Part shown: piece after piece, positions 8,444-18,277 of the stretch | Position numbering within the stretch: the stretch's first letter is position 1 | Layout of the letters: each line of letters begins with the position of its first letter | Origin: a virus | Lineage: Duplodnaviria; Caudoviricetes | Strand: one strand, 5' to 3' | IMG/VR virus record: IMGVR_UViG_3300034375_007338 | Span: 1-53,782 of that record | Length of the DNA: 53,782 bases | Notes under the pieces: generated by a model | Database searches by the model: none | Seen by the model: the letters and a program-made list of their open reading frames with translations, nothing else | Told to the model about the DNA's origin: nothing | Program-made: the position numbers and the translations under genes

Positions 8444-8721
8444 TGCAGAACTTCCCCGAACCCGACGAACCCTACGACGCCTCTGTCTTCGTGCCTGAGC
8501 CTGACCAGACCGCTGAGGTCATCCGAGAGCTTCGGAAGAAGTCCAAGCTGTCGCGAGCCCAGGTCGCCGTCAAGGCAGGCATCGGCATCGGCGTGCTTGA
8601 GCGCGTCGAGCAGGGTAAGCAGAGCCCGTCCCTGATGACCCTCCTGGGCCTCGCCTACGTCTTCGACGTTGGCGTCGAGGAGATCCTGGACGCGGCTCAC
8701 GACGTGCCGTACAAGGCATGA
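8443..8721 (+). CDS. XRE/Cro-family HTH transcriptional regulator
   Basis: IRELRKKSKLSRAQVAVKAGIGIGVLERVEQGKQSPSLMTLLGLAYVFDV. Confidence 0.9.
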   Translation: MQNFPEPDEPYDASVFVPEPDQTAEVIRELRKKSKLSRAQVAVKAGIGIGVLERVEQGKQSPSLMTLLGLAYVFDVGVEEILDAAHDVPYKA

Positions 8722-8813
8722 ATCCGCTCGTAGCTATCGCTGTGGCACCGCTGCTCCCGTATTGGCTGCTGTACAAGGCAGTCGAGTGGACGTGCCTCCA
8801 GCTGTCTGACTGA
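8718..8813 (+). CDS. 31-aa hydrophobic peptide (MNPLVAIAVAPLLPYWLLYKAVEW...), not in ORF track
   Basis: ATGA overlap with the HTH gene. Confidence 0.5.
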   Translation: MNPLVAIAVAPLLPYWLLYKAVEWTCLQLSD

Positions 8814-8885
8814 GTTGTATGGAAGTCCCAGGGCCGCACCCCTGGGGCTTCTGCTATTGTCGAAGATCGACCCCTTTCCGCACCT

Positions 8886-11594
8886 ATGCCCGGACTCCTC
8901 ACGTTCCCTACCCGTTATGTCCCCGGCTACGGACCCGACCGCCCGCTCACAGCAGGGGGAAACTGGTTCGAAGGCACGACCGCGTTCACACAGCGGTTTG
9001 ACTCTGCTGCCCACGGCGTCTGCTACGAGCCCGTGCTCGTCGATGGCCTCGCTGTAAGACTGACGAAGCCTGCCGTTCGCCAGAACATCATCAAGCCCGA
9101 TCAGGTGCGCTGCCAGTGGATCGCGGTGGACGTGGACCTGCCGGGCAAGGCCGACTGGACCGAGGCGCTCCTGGGCGAGCACAACGCGCTGCTGGAGGCT
9201 CTGCCCTACCCTCTCAACCAGTGGCTCTACTGGCACACGACCGAGCACGGGTATCACCTGTGGTACTTGCTCGACGAGACCGTGATGCCGCACCAGCACG
9301 AGAGTCTGTCTCAGTCCGTGCGCGACGGGCTGGTCCTCAACGGGGTCGAGGCCGACGAGACCTGCCGCGACTGGACGCGCCTCGTGGCGCTGCCCAGGAT
9401 CATCAAGGAGAACGGCATCAGCACTGCCGAGCAGCCCTGGTTCTCCGAGCGGTGGCAAGCTGGCGAAGACGGGCTCGCACTCACGCTCCAGGTCGGGTCG
9501 ATCTCTGTCGCAGCGGCAACGCCTTCCAAAGGCCCGGCCATGCCCGTCTCGACCGGGTCTGGTCCCTCATTTGCCTACAGCCCCGAGGACGCGCTCGGGC
9601 TCGTCTACACGCACGGCGACCTGGACTACCCGACCGAGAAGGGGCGCATCCTTCGCAAGGCGGTTGAGAGCAGCCTCATGCGGGCCGGGAACCATACCAT
9701 CGCCGCCGAGCAAGTCCTCGACGGTCAGCCCTTCCCGCAGGGGATGCGCGACACGTCCGTGGCACAGACCGTGGGCTGGCTGGTCTCGAAGGCCCGGTCG
9801 GTCTCAGCCAAGGGCATCACTCCCGACCACCTGCTCGGGCTGCTCTTGCCCGCGTGCCAAGCGACAGACATCGACTCAGGTCCGCAGGACAACGGCAGGC
9901 CGTGGATCGAGAAGGCGGCAGAGAAGACCCTGGAGTACTGGCGCTCAGACGAGGAGTCTGCTGCACGCAAGCAAGTCGAGCTGATCCGCAAGGCACAGAA
10001 CTCGACCACGCCCGAGGGCCTGTGCGACCTTCTCTACAACAAGCTGAAGGACCCGCTCCTGAACCGTGCGACCAACGAAAGCTGGTACGAGCAGCTTCAG
10101 ACGTATGCGTTCGTTCAGACCTCGGCCACTAGCGTGTTCTGCCTCGCACCCAACGGCTGCTACCAAGGGCCGTTCCCCTCGTTCCTGATGGCGATCGGGA
10201 TGTCTGCACGGAATGGGGTCGGGGTACTGCTCGGCGTGCGGTGGATCGACGACTCGGGCAAGACCAAGGAGATCTCTGAGTCGAGCGCCAAGAAGGACTA
10301 CTGCCGCTTCGCGACGGTCGAGCGGCAGGTCTATCACCCGCTCTCGATCCCTGAAGAGGATCGCTTCGAGCCTACGCGCCTGGACCAGCAGCAAGTGTGC
10401 CTCTTCGAGCGCAAGTTCAGGCCGCAGGAGATCGCCGCCGCACGCAGCGAGTGGGTCGAAAAGTACCTGCACGTCCTGACCGGGTCGTCGCCCGAAAAGC
10501 TCACCGAGGACTACAGGCAGCTGATCTACTGGCTGACCTACCTGCGAGACTTCGACAGCTCGCAGCTGCCCATGCTGTACATCTACGGCACCGCTCGTTC
10601 GGGCAAGACTCTCCTGGGCAACGCCATTGAGATGCAGGCGGCGACCGCTCGCCCGAGCACTGCCGGGGGCAACTACAACTCGCACTACGCCAAGGGCCTG
10701 ATCCTGATCTACGACGACGTGCAGCCGATCTCCTACGGCAACCACGGGCAGATGAAGCGGGCCTTGGGCGAGTTCCTGAACGTACTGTCGGGTCAGCAGG
10801 TCGAGGTCCACGAGAAGTACAAGGACGCGCGGGGGCTTCAGTACCCCTGGCGCGTGGTCGTGCTCAACAACTCGTCGGCGTTCTTCGACGACCTGATGCA
10901 GTCCCACAATTCGCACTCCGACCGAGACAAGCGAGACGCCCTGGCTCGTCGAAGCATTCTGCTCAAGGTCAACCCGTACTGCCGCGAGTGGTTGTTTGAC
11001 AATGCTAGGGGCCGGGCCGACGTGGTTTCGGAAGTCGCCGCGCACATCGCGTGGATGAATCAGAACCGTGAGGAGCTTCAGCCCATCTTCTCGGAGTATG
11101 AGAAGCTCGCGGAGCCCGGAGGCATGCGCCTCGTGTCGAACACTCTGGCGATGGGGACCGCAGAGTCTTCGCAATCTCTGGACGAGATTCAGATGATCGC
11201 CGCCGTGGTCCGTCAGCTGTCGAAGTGCCTCCGGTCGAGCATGATCAACGACAACTACGCGATCATGGATCGCTCGGGACAGGTCCTGGCTGTGCGCGGG
11301 GCCTTGATGGAAGCTCTTGGGGCCAAGGAAGCGACGACTTCGCAGCGGTTCCACATGAAGCAAGCCATTGGCTCGGTCATGAACCAGTGCGGAGTCAGTG
11401 CTACTCAAGGCACTGCCATGCAGAAGGTCGAGGGGCAGTGGGTCGAGTCACCCACCAAGTCAGGCAAGCGGCGATGGTTCGCACTCGACTTCCAGGCGCT
11501 CTCGCATTTCTGCGAGTTCCTGCCGCCGGGGATCGACCACACAGTGCAGGAGCTGATCGAGGAGTGCCAGGAGGTACGAGACCTTGGACTATAA
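8886..11594 (+). CDS. AEP-type primase / PriCT / SF3 helicase fusion
   Basis: AEP motifs IAVDVD, TTEHGYHLW, DxxRL; PriCT-like GMRD; Walker A GTARSGKT, Walker B ILIYDD, motif C VVLNN. Confidence 0.85.
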   Translation: MPGLLTFPTRYVPGYGPDRPLTAGGNWFEGTTAFTQRFDSAAHGVCYEPVLVDGLAVRLTKPAVRQNIIKPDQVRCQWIAVDVDLPGKADWTEALLGEHNALLEALPYPLNQWLYWHTTEHGYHLWYLLDETVMPHQHESLSQSVRDGLVLNGVEADETCRDWTRLVALPRIIKENGISTAEQPWFSERWQAGEDGLALTLQVGSISVAAATPSKGPAMPVSTGSGPSFAYSPEDALGLVYTHGDLDYPTEKGRILRKAVESSLMRAGNHTIAAEQVLDGQPFPQGMRDTSVAQTVGWLVSKARSVSAKGITPDHLLGLLLPACQATDIDSGPQDNGRPWIEKAAEKTLEYWRSDEESAARKQVELIRKAQNSTTPEGLCDLLYNKLKDPLLNRATNESWYEQLQTYAFVQTSATSVFCLAPNGCYQGPFPSFLMAIGMSARNGVGVLLGVRWIDDSGKTKEISESSAKKDYCRFATVERQVYHPLSIPEEDRFEPTRLDQQQVCLFERKFRPQEIAAARSEWVEKYLHVLTGSSPEKLTEDYRQLIYWLTYLRDFDSSQLPMLYIYGTARSGKTLLGNAIEMQAATARPSTAGGNYNSHYAKGLILIYDDVQPISYGNHGQMKRALGEFLNVLSGQQVEVHEKYKDARGLQYPWRVVVLNNSSAFFDDLMQSHNSHSDRDKRDALARRSILLKVNPYCREWLFDNARGRADVVSEVAAHIAWMNQNREELQPIFSEYEKLAEPGGMRLVSNTLAMGTAESSQSLDEIQMIAAVVRQLSKCLRSSMINDNYAIMDRSGQVLAVRGALMEALGAKEATTSQRFHMKQAIGSVMNQCGVSATQGTAMQKVEGQWVESPTKSGKRRWFALDFQALSHFCEFLPPGIDHTVQELIEECQEVRDLGL

Positions 11595-13230
11595 GAGCGA
11601 TAGCTTTGATCCGCCCAAGGGCGCGATGGTTGCAACCACAACTTCGATCAAGGAGTGGAAGGACTGTAAGCGCAAGTGGTACTTGACCCGCGTTGCCGGG
11701 ATGCCCCAGCCCGCTAACGCCGCGTTTAGGATCGGTTCGATCTTGCACCTGTGTGTGGAGCGTTGGCTGCTGTGCCCTCAGGACACCGTCCCGGCACCGG
11801 GGCAGCTCCCTGACCAACCTGTGGACGAGCATGGCAACTATGGCTCCGGCAGCGTCCTGTACAACCAGACCCCCGGCAACCAAGTCGATCTATTTCCCCA
11901 CGAGTGGTGGAAGTACCAAGACCGAGACGGGCGCTGGAACGAGATCGACGAGCCCGATCAAGAGCTAGTCAAAGCCCTGGTGCGAGAGGGAATCTCTAAC
12001 GGCACCGTGGTGCGGCTTCCCGAGGGGCAGGTCGAGAAGAAGTTCTGGCTCCCCTTGGACGGTAACCAGGGCCTGCTCTGGCTCACCTCCCTGGCTGACT
12101 ACCACAGCGCCCCGTTGGCCACGCTCGAAGACCACAAGACCACCAAGTCCCTCAGGTGGGCCGTCAACGAAGACACGATCGCTGACAACTACCAGCTTCA
12201 GATCTACGCGCTCTGGATGTGCGACGAGTATGAGATCGAGGACGGAGTTCACGTCGCGCACAACATCTTCATCAAGGACTACCTGAACCCCCGCACAAAA
12301 AAGGTGCAAGGGTTCATCTCCAAAGACAGGACCGAAGAAATGCGGAGCTACCTCCGCTCTACCGTTCAGGAGATGCTAGACTTGAGGGACGCCTCTCCCG
12401 ATTGGGAAGAGGTCACTCCGAATTGGTCGTCGTGCGATTCCTACGGCGGCTGTGTCTATCGAGGCATCTGTTCAAACCTCGAATCCATTTCTGATTTTCA
12501 ACTACGCATGAACCCTCCCACCCCTACCTCGCCTCAACTCGCTTCCGGTCCCCCTCCCCTGGCTAACTCAGCTCCTGCTGTAGCCAAGCCGAACCTTGAG
12601 ACAGCACGAGGCAAAGCCCCCTGGGCTGCTCCGGCGTGTCCTGTGTGCGGGGGACTAGGCGTTCAGATCAACGGCAGTGCGTGCCCTCACTGCCAGACCA
12701 TCACGGGCATCCTGCCCATGAACTACACATGGGGCTGGAACACTCAAGGTGACTTTGAGGTCTGGCACGATGCCCCTGAGCACACTCGTGCCGCCGCGCC
12801 CGAGCCCGAGCCGGAGCCCGAGCCCACGCCGGGTCCTGAGCCCGCCGCTCCCGTCGAGGTCCCTGACCAAGGTTTTGGAGACCGCCTGAAGGTCGTCGGC
12901 AAGGAAGGCTACAAGGGCAAGGGACGCCCGCCCAAGGCGTTCACCCTGTACATCGACTGCTTGCCTTCAGGAGGCATTGAGAAGGTGTGGCAACTCTCAG
13001 CCGCACTGAAGGTCATCAGCGACCTGTACCAGGAGCGCGTTGGAGAGAGCTACTGGGCGGCTGACACATGGAAGCGAAGAGACTTTCAGCAGCTTTGTCT
13101 CCCTGACGTGATCGCCGCTGTGGACAAGGAAGCTGTCTACGTCAATAGCGACATCTACGAGATCAAACAGCTGGCAGGGATGCTCGAAGCTCACGCGGGC
13201 AAGGTCGTTCGAAGCACTGCTTCTCGATGA
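11584..13230 (+). CDS. PD-(D/E)XK (Cas4/RecB-like) exonuclease with Zn-finger and Pro/Glu-rich C-terminal extension
   Basis: C-x2-KW, GSILH, AD...EDHKT, QLQIYA, C-x4-C-x5-C cluster ligands; CPVC/CPHC pair downstream. Confidence 0.85.
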   Translation: MDYKSDSFDPPKGAMVATTTSIKEWKDCKRKWYLTRVAGMPQPANAAFRIGSILHLCVERWLLCPQDTVPAPGQLPDQPVDEHGNYGSGSVLYNQTPGNQVDLFPHEWWKYQDRDGRWNEIDEPDQELVKALVREGISNGTVVRLPEGQVEKKFWLPLDGNQGLLWLTSLADYHSAPLATLEDHKTTKSLRWAVNEDTIADNYQLQIYALWMCDEYEIEDGVHVAHNIFIKDYLNPRTKKVQGFISKDRTEEMRSYLRSTVQEMLDLRDASPDWEEVTPNWSSCDSYGGCVYRGICSNLESISDFQLRMNPPTPTSPQLASGPPPLANSAPAVAKPNLETARGKAPWAAPACPVCGGLGVQINGSACPHCQTITGILPMNYTWGWNTQGDFEVWHDAPEHTRAAAPEPEPEPEPTPGPEPAAPVEVPDQGFGDRLKVVGKEGYKGKGRPPKAFTLYIDCLPSGGIEKVWQLSAALKVISDLYQERVGESYWAADTWKRRDFQQLCLPDVIAAVDKEAVYVNSDIYEIKQLAGMLEAHAGKVVRSTASR

Positions 13231-15227
13231 GGACTCTCCAGCAGGACAACCAACGCATAGCGCAGCTGCCTGTGATGCCTCGTCCCACCGAAGAGTGGGC
13301 CGTGGAGTACTCGAAGCACGTCACGCTCGCGTCTGCTCCACTTAACCCGGACGGCTCACCGTTCACGTTGAAGCTGGAGCAGGCGTGGGCGCTGGCGAGC
13401 TACCAGCAGTACGGCGGCTTCTTCGCGCCTATCCCCGTGGGCGGCGGCAAGACTTTGATCTCTTTGTGTGTGCCGCACATCGGCTTCAAGTTCCGTGGGC
13501 ACAAGAAGGCCATGCTGCTAATCCCGCCCAGTCTGGGCGACCAGCTCATTCAGCGAGACCTGCCCTGGGTCCGCGAGCGAATGCCGCTGGGGTACAACTG
13601 GTACAGCCTTGTCGGCAAGTCAAAGGCCGCGCGGACCAAGATCATCAGCAAGGACCGTCCGGGGCTCTACATCGTGCCGTACACGGCGCTGTCTAACCTC
13701 GACGGACTGGAAGTCATGCGAGGCATTTCACCTACGCTGGTGATTGCCGACGAAGCCCATACGTTGGCCAACGACTCGGCCCGCTCAAAGAGGTATTGGG
13801 GCGTGCTTCAGGAGATCGAGCAAGCTCAGGGTCGTCCTGTCGAGTTCTGCGCGTTGTCTGGCACGATGGCAAAGAAGCGGCTCAAGGACTTCTGGAAGCT
13901 CATGCGTCAAGCGATGGGTGAGAACGCGCCGCTGCCATTGAACTCTCAGAACCTCGACGAGTGGGACGAGACGATGGCAGCAGACGGCAACAACTACATC
14001 ACCCTTGCGTGCTCCTGGTTGCCTCCCTGGGCCGAGATCCAGTTCCCTGACGAGAAGTTCACGCGAGACACCGTAGGCGCACGAGCGGCCTTTCAGGCCC
14101 GTCTGAAGAGCGCCCCTGGCGTGATCACGGGAGGTGACGCTTCCTGCGCCGCCGACTTGAAGATCGGTCACTTCGAGGTGCCGGACGATCCTGGGGCAAA
14201 GGGCTGGGACGAGCTTCAGCAGATGAAGCACAACCTGGAGACCCTAGGCATGAAGCCGAACGGCGAGTTGGTCTCTACGCCGATGCACATCTACAACATC
14301 TCAGCCGAGCTGTCTTGCGGGTTCTACAACGACCCGTTCTGGCCAGAGGCTGAGGTCGTATCTCGACGCAAGGAAATCTCAGTCGCAGAAGCGGAGGTGC
14401 TGCTTGATCGCTCGAAGCGATACCTTGAAGCAGACCAGACGTACCGTTCTGTGCTGTTCCCGTGGGTGCGGTCCAGCCCCCTGGGTTTTGACTCTGACCT
14501 ACAGGTCGGCCAGAAGATCGCTAACGGAGAGACGCAGGGTATCGACTCTGCGGTCGTCCAAGGGTGGCATGAACGGCAAGCAGCTGACTTCGAGCATCGC
14601 ATCGAGAGAGATCACCGCTACGTCATGGTCTGCGACTGGAAGCTGGACGCCGTGGTCTCGCGGGTCAAGCGCGTCGTGAAGGACCGAAAGACGGGCACCC
14701 TGGTGTGGGCACATAACCACGCAGTGGTGGATCGCCTGATCGAGAAGCTGCAAGGGGCCGGGTTGGAGACTTACGGCGTCAGTCCTCGTCACGCGAAGCG
14801 CAACATGGACCTGCTGTACGACAAGAGCTACCGCAACTGCGTCTTCGTCTTGAGCCTGGGCCGCTGCGCTCACGGGCTCAACCTTCAGCACAACTTCCAC
14901 ACGAACGTCTACGCCCAGGTCGTCCGCTCGGCAGCGTACTTTGAGCAAAGCCTGGGCCGCACGCACCGCCAGGGGCAGCAGGCCGAGGAGGTTTACGCTG
15001 AGGTCGTGTTGACGGAAGGAACCGATCACGATACCCTCGGAGCGTGCCTCGTTGAGGCGACGTTTACCCACCAAGTTTTGGGTAATGATCACAAAGCTAT
15101 CTTGGCGGCATGGGATCCGCCTCCGCGACTGCCCCCGCCCGAGATGCTTAGGAGCAAGGTGCCGAACGTAGAATCTTTGGCACCATCAGTAGCAAGGGAG
15201 TACCTCCGTAGGTTCGGATGTGCCTGA
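13227..15227 (+). CDS. SF2 (SNF2-like) DNA helicase
   Basis: VGGGKT, DEAH, LSGT, GLNLQ, QSLGRTHRQGQ. Confidence 0.9.
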   Translation: MRTLQQDNQRIAQLPVMPRPTEEWAVEYSKHVTLASAPLNPDGSPFTLKLEQAWALASYQQYGGFFAPIPVGGGKTLISLCVPHIGFKFRGHKKAMLLIPPSLGDQLIQRDLPWVRERMPLGYNWYSLVGKSKAARTKIISKDRPGLYIVPYTALSNLDGLEVMRGISPTLVIADEAHTLANDSARSKRYWGVLQEIEQAQGRPVEFCALSGTMAKKRLKDFWKLMRQAMGENAPLPLNSQNLDEWDETMAADGNNYITLACSWLPPWAEIQFPDEKFTRDTVGARAAFQARLKSAPGVITGGDASCAADLKIGHFEVPDDPGAKGWDELQQMKHNLETLGMKPNGELVSTPMHIYNISAELSCGFYNDPFWPEAEVVSRRKEISVAEAEVLLDRSKRYLEADQTYRSVLFPWVRSSPLGFDSDLQVGQKIANGETQGIDSAVVQGWHERQAADFEHRIERDHRYVMVCDWKLDAVVSRVKRVVKDRKTGTLVWAHNHAVVDRLIEKLQGAGLETYGVSPRHAKRNMDLLYDKSYRNCVFVLSLGRCAHGLNLQHNFHTNVYAQVVRSAAYFEQSLGRTHRQGQQAEEVYAEVVLTEGTDHDTLGACLVEATFTHQVLGNDHKAILAAWDPPPRLPPPEMLRSKVPNVESLAPSVAREYLRRFGCA

Positions 15228-15255
15228 GCTAACAACCACGAGACTAGAGATAGAG

Positions 15256-15888
15256 ATGAACGAGAACGCCCCCACCCTTCCTCCGAACGCCCCGCAACAG
15301 ATGGCTGCTCAACCGCAGCCCCTGAGCTTCGACTTTTCCGAAGGTGATTCGAAGCAGGTCATGCAAGGCAGCGGCCCGACTTTCCAGCCGGGCACCTACT
15401 GGTGGACTCTGACCAAGGTCGAGTACCGCCAGTCCAAAGACCCTCAGAAGTCCGGCGCGATGCTGGCCATCATTGAGGGTGTGATCACCAAGAACCTGTC
15501 CGCTGACGGCACCGGGGAGTCTCCGGGCGTCACCCGCGCTTGCGTCTTGGTGAAGAGCAACGAGTTCGGCTTCTATCCGACCATCCGCAAGTTCCTGGCT
15601 TGCCTCCAGGAGATCTCGGACCCGAACCAGACTCGCACCAACTCGTTCAACGACGTGCTCAACAACCCGGCGACCTACGCTGGGGTGACGCTCAAGACGC
15701 GAGTCACTCAGAAGATGTCCAGGGCGAACCGCCCGTACAACATCTTCGATTGGGACGGCATCGTCTCCGACGCGGAAGTCGATGCTCACTTCGCAACGAA
15801 CCCTGAGCTTGACCTCCTCGCTCGACCCTCCGGCAGTAGGGCCGCGCAAGGTCTCGGATCTCCTTCTCAGTACTTTGTCACGAAGTAG
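15256..15888 (+). CDS. Putative single-stranded DNA-binding protein
   Basis: Position between helicase and polymerase, PGTY beta-rich OB-like pattern; ATG 15256 in ORF 15220..15888. Confidence 0.55.
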   Translation: MNENAPTLPPNAPQQMAAQPQPLSFDFSEGDSKQVMQGSGPTFQPGTYWWTLTKVEYRQSKDPQKSGAMLAIIEGVITKNLSADGTGESPGVTRACVLVKSNEFGFYPTIRKFLACLQEISDPNQTRTNSFNDVLNNPATYAGVTLKTRVTQKMSRANRPYNIFDWDGIVSDAEVDAHFATNPELDLLARPSGSRAAQGLGSPSQYFVTK

Positions 15889-15913
15889 GACTCAGTTGGC
15901 AGACTGAGGTCTA

Positions 15914-15952
15914 GGGGGGAGCTTTTGGTAGGGGCTTCCCCCGTTTCTATTT
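15914..15952 (+). terminator. Probable terminator hairpin after the SSB gene
   Basis: GGGGGGAGC..GCTTCCCC followed by a T-rich tract. Confidence 0.5.
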
Positions 15953-15961
15953 GAGGTTGCT

Positions 15962-18277
15962 ATGCGCTTCTACGGCATCGACACAGAGACGTTCCCTATT
16001 TCAGGAACGCACCCATACCCGCAAATGGTCTGCGCTCAGATCTCATGGCAAGACTCTGATCGAGTTCGTGCCTGGGTCGCCAGCGCCAAGTGCGACCGGG
16101 ACCAGCTCCTTTCGTTTTTGCAAGGGGTCCTGGCAGACCCAGAGGCGAAGTTCGTGCTGGCCAACGCGCAGTTCGACATGATCGTTCTCTCGCTCTGGGA
16201 GCCTTTGCTGGAGCCCTTGATTTGGGAAGCCTACGCCCAAGGCCGCGTGGTCGATATCTTGACGATGCACAAGATGCTGGCCTTGGCCGAGTGGGGCGAC
16301 ATTGACAGCACGCCGTTTGATGATCCGAACCGTCAGGCAGAGTACAGCCAAGCGTCATTGACCCGGTGGTACTTGGGAAAAGACCGTGCTCAAGAGAAGA
16401 AGAGCAGCGTCCGCACGGAGTACTCGTTCGTAGACGGGGTGCCAGTAGGCGAGTGGGAAGAGGAGTTCGTCAGGTACGCGATGGATGACGCTGCTGACCT
16501 GATCGTCATCCTGGAGCGCCTTCTGAACCGATCAGACAAATCCCTTGGGCGCGAAACCCTACTACGACTGGCGGGGAAGCGAGCTGCCAAGCATCTCGCC
16601 CTTGGCTGGATGACTTACAACGGGATGCGCGTCGATAAGGAGCGCGTCCTCTGTGTGGAAGACGAGGTTGAGACTGAGCTTGACCTTTCAAACTTCCCGA
16701 ACTTGATCGAGCAGGAAATCATCATCCCCCCGCAGCCTCCGGTGCCTTACGCCAACGGTGCCAAGGCTCACGTCAAAGGCTGCAAGACCCCAAAGACGTG
16801 CGAGTGTCCCCCTAAGCTCGCCGCAGCAAAACGTGAGGTGCTCAAGCGCAAGAAGCTCCAAGACTTGATGCTTTCCGCCGCCAGGAAGGCACCGAATTTC
16901 AAGCTGGCACTGACGGACAAAGGCGTCTCAGAGCACGACGCTATGTTCGGGGAGCGGGTCAAGTCTCTACCCGCAGTGGACGAGAAGTTTGACCAGCACC
17001 CTGAGTGGGTCTCGACTAACAAGAAGGTGTTCACGCCGTTGGTCCCTTTTGACGAGACCGTAGCGGAGTACGCACGAAGGGCAGCAGTCATCAAGATGCG
17101 AACGGACTACGTCCATCGCTTCTTCTGGGACGTAGGCAACGGGATGCCTAAAGCAAAGGCAATGGTTCAAGCGTCGAAGTCCACGGAGGCGCAGAGCGAC
17201 AGCTTCAATGCGGAAGCGATGGACATCCAAGTGACAGACCGGATGCGGTTCAACTTCAAAGAGTTGGTCTCGACGGGGCGCACTGGTTCGTTCGCCGGAA
17301 CTCTTTACCCGTCGATGAATGGGCAGAACCCTGACCCGCGCATTCGCGTGGCCCTGGTCGCGGACCCTGGCTACATCCTCTACTCAACCGACTACGGTGC
17401 CCTGGAGCTGCGCTGCGCTGCGTGGCGGTGCCTTCAGGAAGGGATTGACAGCGTCCTCGTCAAGCTGTTTCGGGACGGCAAGTGCCCGCACCAGTACCTC
17501 GGTGCCGCGCTCTTGAGGGACCTGGGAGAGAACGTCCCGATGGACCTGCGAGGGGCGCAGGGCATGGAAGCCTATGCCGCTTTCGAGGCCCTGAAGAAGT
17601 CTGACCCCAAGCTGTTCAAGATGTGGCGCACCCTAGCCAAGCCGACCGGACTGGGAAACTGGGGAGGCATGGGTCCTGCGACTGCTCTCGTGACGGCGCA
17701 CGCGCCGCCGTACAACCTGACGCACATCACCTTGGATCAGATGACTGCAGCCCGTGAAGTCTGGCGTGCCGAGTTCCCCGAGTGGTCAGAAGCCTTTAAC
17801 GTCTTCAAAACGAAGCTCGTGGATGAGGAGTTCTCTCATTACGACCAGGAGGGCGAGCGCCAGACCCGGTACATGGTCATCACTCCTGGCGGAATGGTCC
17901 GACGAAACTGCGTGTACACCGTGGCCGCGAACGGTTTGCTGCTCCAGCCCCCGTCTGCTGAGGGCGTTGGCCACGCAGTCTTCGACTGTGTTCGGGCCAG
18001 TCGGGACGTTTCGCAGGGCAGCGCCGCCTACGGCGCGGTGTTCGTGGACTTCCTGCACGACGAACTTCTGTACCAGTTGCCCGAGCACGAAGACTTCGAC
18101 CGCACGGAATCCATGCGGCACGAGATCGAGCGCCTTATGTGCGAAGGCGTAAATAAGGTTCTCACAGGCATTCCGATGACCGTAGAATCGGCGGCGATGT
18201 ACCGCTGGGACAAGTTCGCCCCTGAGACATTCGACGAGCAGGGGCGCTTGGTTCCTGCCGACAAACCAATTCTCTAA
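15962..18277 (+). CDS. polA: Family A DNA polymerase with 3'-5' exonuclease domain
   Basis: ExoI DTET, ExoII NAQFD, ExoIII YAMDD; TGR, NGQN, motif A DYGALELR, motif B RTLAKPTGLG, motif C LHDE. Confidence 0.93.
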   Translation: MRFYGIDTETFPISGTHPYPQMVCAQISWQDSDRVRAWVASAKCDRDQLLSFLQGVLADPEAKFVLANAQFDMIVLSLWEPLLEPLIWEAYAQGRVVDILTMHKMLALAEWGDIDSTPFDDPNRQAEYSQASLTRWYLGKDRAQEKKSSVRTEYSFVDGVPVGEWEEEFVRYAMDDAADLIVILERLLNRSDKSLGRETLLRLAGKRAAKHLALGWMTYNGMRVDKERVLCVEDEVETELDLSNFPNLIEQEIIIPPQPPVPYANGAKAHVKGCKTPKTCECPPKLAAAKREVLKRKKLQDLMLSAARKAPNFKLALTDKGVSEHDAMFGERVKSLPAVDEKFDQHPEWVSTNKKVFTPLVPFDETVAEYARRAAVIKMRTDYVHRFFWDVGNGMPKAKAMVQASKSTEAQSDSFNAEAMDIQVTDRMRFNFKELVSTGRTGSFAGTLYPSMNGQNPDPRIRVALVADPGYILYSTDYGALELRCAAWRCLQEGIDSVLVKLFRDGKCPHQYLGAALLRDLGENVPMDLRGAQGMEAYAAFEALKKSDPKLFKMWRTLAKPTGLGNWGGMGPATALVTAHAPPYNLTHITLDQMTAAREVWRAEFPEWSEAFNVFKTKLVDEEFSHYDQEGERQTRYMVITPGGMVRRNCVYTVAANGLLLQPPSAEGVGHAVFDCVRASRDVSQGSAAYGAVFVDFLHDELLYQLPEHEDFDRTESMRHEIERLMCEGVNKVLTGIPMTVESAAMYRWDKFAPETFDEQGRLVPADKPIL

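Noticed and set aside
8443-8721. Lysogeny module
   Set aside because: A lone HTH in an early operon; no integrase, ParA/ParB, protelomerase or divergent cI/cro pair seen
9945-11408. Long antisense ORFs (487 aa here; also 20561..21559 and 22955..24142)
   Set aside because: Shadow frames expected from high GC3 codon bias opposite clearly identified genes
11584-13230. CRISPR adaptation Cas4
   Set aside because: Context is a phage replication/recombination operon with no cas1/cas2 or array
15889-15950. tRNA gene (CTCAGTTGGCAGA resembles a D-arm)
   Set aside because: No T-arm (GTTCGA) or acceptor stem; it is a simple hairpin CTCAGT..ACTGAG beside a terminator
15962-18277. DpoZ / Z-genome or other base-substitution system
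   Set aside because: No purZ, datZ, mazZ or other nucleotide-modification genes recognised
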